Source of the DNA: an uncultured Rubrivirga sp.
GTDB taxonomy: Bacteria > Actinomycetota > Actinomycetes > S36-B12
NCBI GenBank assembly: GCA_964595675.1
Contig: CAZQRR010000002.1
Location: 8,246-72,245, forward strand
DNA: 64,000 nucleotides
Reading direction: 5' to 3'
Made by a program: the position numbers and the translations under genes. The notes below the pieces were generated by a model. The model saw nothing but the letters and a program-made list of their open reading frames with translations, ran no database searches and was not told the origin of the DNA. Position 1 is the stretch's first letter. Each line of letters starts with the position of its first letter. Below, piece after piece: positions 63,675-64,000 of the stretch.

Positions 63675-64000
63675 ATGACGAATTTGGGCGGTGGGTCGTT
63701 TTGGTCATGGCGAAGCGAGGACCTTCGCCGACACCTGTTCGATCTGGAGTCGGATGCATTTGAGGGGGCCCGGGAGCGCGGCGACCGTAACGACGTCTTC
63801 GCTCGCGCTTTCGAACTTCTAACACCGGTCGCAACTTCAGTACTCGAGGATTTCAACATGCACGTCCTAGCCGGGAAGGGTCAGATCAGTACACACTTTC
63901 CCCGCGAACGTGATGGACTCGGTCTGTTCGGGACGTGGGAGTGCACATGGCCCGAACAGCGCGAGGCTCGAAGCCGGTTCGACGGGTCTCCCATTCCCCC
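63675..64000 (+). CDS. 5' part of a hypothetical protein running off the window (absent from the ORF track)
   Basis: ATG 63675 lies behind GGAAGGA. The frame stays open for all 108 visible codons (MTNLGGGSFWSWRSEDLRRHLFDLESDAFEGARERG...) and shows a GC-rich third-position pattern. I recognise no family. Confidence 0.5.
   Translation, partial: MTNLGGGSFWSWRSEDLRRHLFDLESDAFEGARERGDRNDVFARAFELLTPVATSVLEDFNMHVLAGKGQISTHFPRERDGLGLFGTWECTWPEQREARSRFDGSPIP

Noticed and set aside
1-64000. Search for tRNA, rRNA, CRISPR arrays, transposases, integrases, phage or toxin-antitoxin/defence genes
   Set aside because: I recognised no candidate cloverleaf-like or rRNA-like segment, no spaced direct-repeat array, no terminal inverted repeats and no recombinase-like ORF. 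The window reads as a metabolic island without visible mobility genes. This was a check by eye only.

Overview
High-GC, actinobacterial-type chromosomal segment that is almost entirely coding: about 63 protein genes. I could not recognise any rRNA, tRNA, CRISPR array, transposase, integrase or phage gene. All family calls are made by eye from motifs in the supplied translations. No searches were run.

Layout:
- 1-3.9 kb: tail of a mycofactocin locus. It holds an mftF-like glycosyltransferase and a convergent mftG-like GMC oxidoreductase that is co-transcribed with a mycofactocin-type SDR.
- 4.1-7.5 kb: lactonase-like operon (amidohydrolase-2, DMFase-beta-like protein, SMP-30).
- 22.35 to 7.5 kb, minus strand: a 15-gene chain. 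Genes are joined by 4-8 nt overlaps or gaps of up to 11 nt, apart from two longer gaps at 16342-16409 and 20455-20656. It runs from a family-5 SBP/Opp-Dpp-type ABC importer through two SDRs (one classical, one mycofactocin-type), an orphan 79-aa lipoyl domain, Gfo/Idh/MocA, amidohydrolase, a fused E1 alpha-beta TPP enzyme, VOC, an acetoacetate-decarboxylase-family protein, GntR and a kinase.
- 22.6-28.9 kb, plus strand: TIM-barrel gene, then an operon of split transketolase, P450, VOC, Gfo/Idh/MocA and GntR.
- 43.0 to 28.96 kb, minus strand: 2-hydroxyacid dehydrogenase, a second Opp/Dpp-type ABC importer, HpcH aldolase, dehydrogenase, GntR, HpcH aldolase, IolD-like TPP enzyme, SDR, MFS.
- 43.1-64 kb: further aldolase/dehydrogenase/TIM-barrel modules, a ketone-oxidation module (OYE/FadH-like reductase, GAF-HTH regulator, Baeyer-Villiger monooxygenase, PhyH dioxygenase, LacI) and a divergent enolase paralogue.

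Most notable observations:
1. A recurring ATTGTC-GACAAT / TGTCAAC palindrome family sits upstream of at least eight transcription units, suggesting a shared GntR-type regulon.
2. A fused E1 alpha-beta enzyme occurs with a free-standing lipoyl carrier, but no E2 core or E3 is present in the window.
3. Mycofactocin-type SDRs are embedded in the catabolic operons next to mftG.
4. An IolD-like gene is paired with an HpcH aldolase outside any canonical iol operon.
5. Two gene lesions lie 3 kb apart: an in-frame TAG in a Gfo/Idh/MocA gene and a 1-nt frameshift in a C6 run of a KstD-like flavoprotein gene.
6. Structured RNA-like elements lie between the SBP and permease genes of both ABC operons.
7. 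A 12-bp perfect inverted repeat sits over a promoter and ribosome-binding site.
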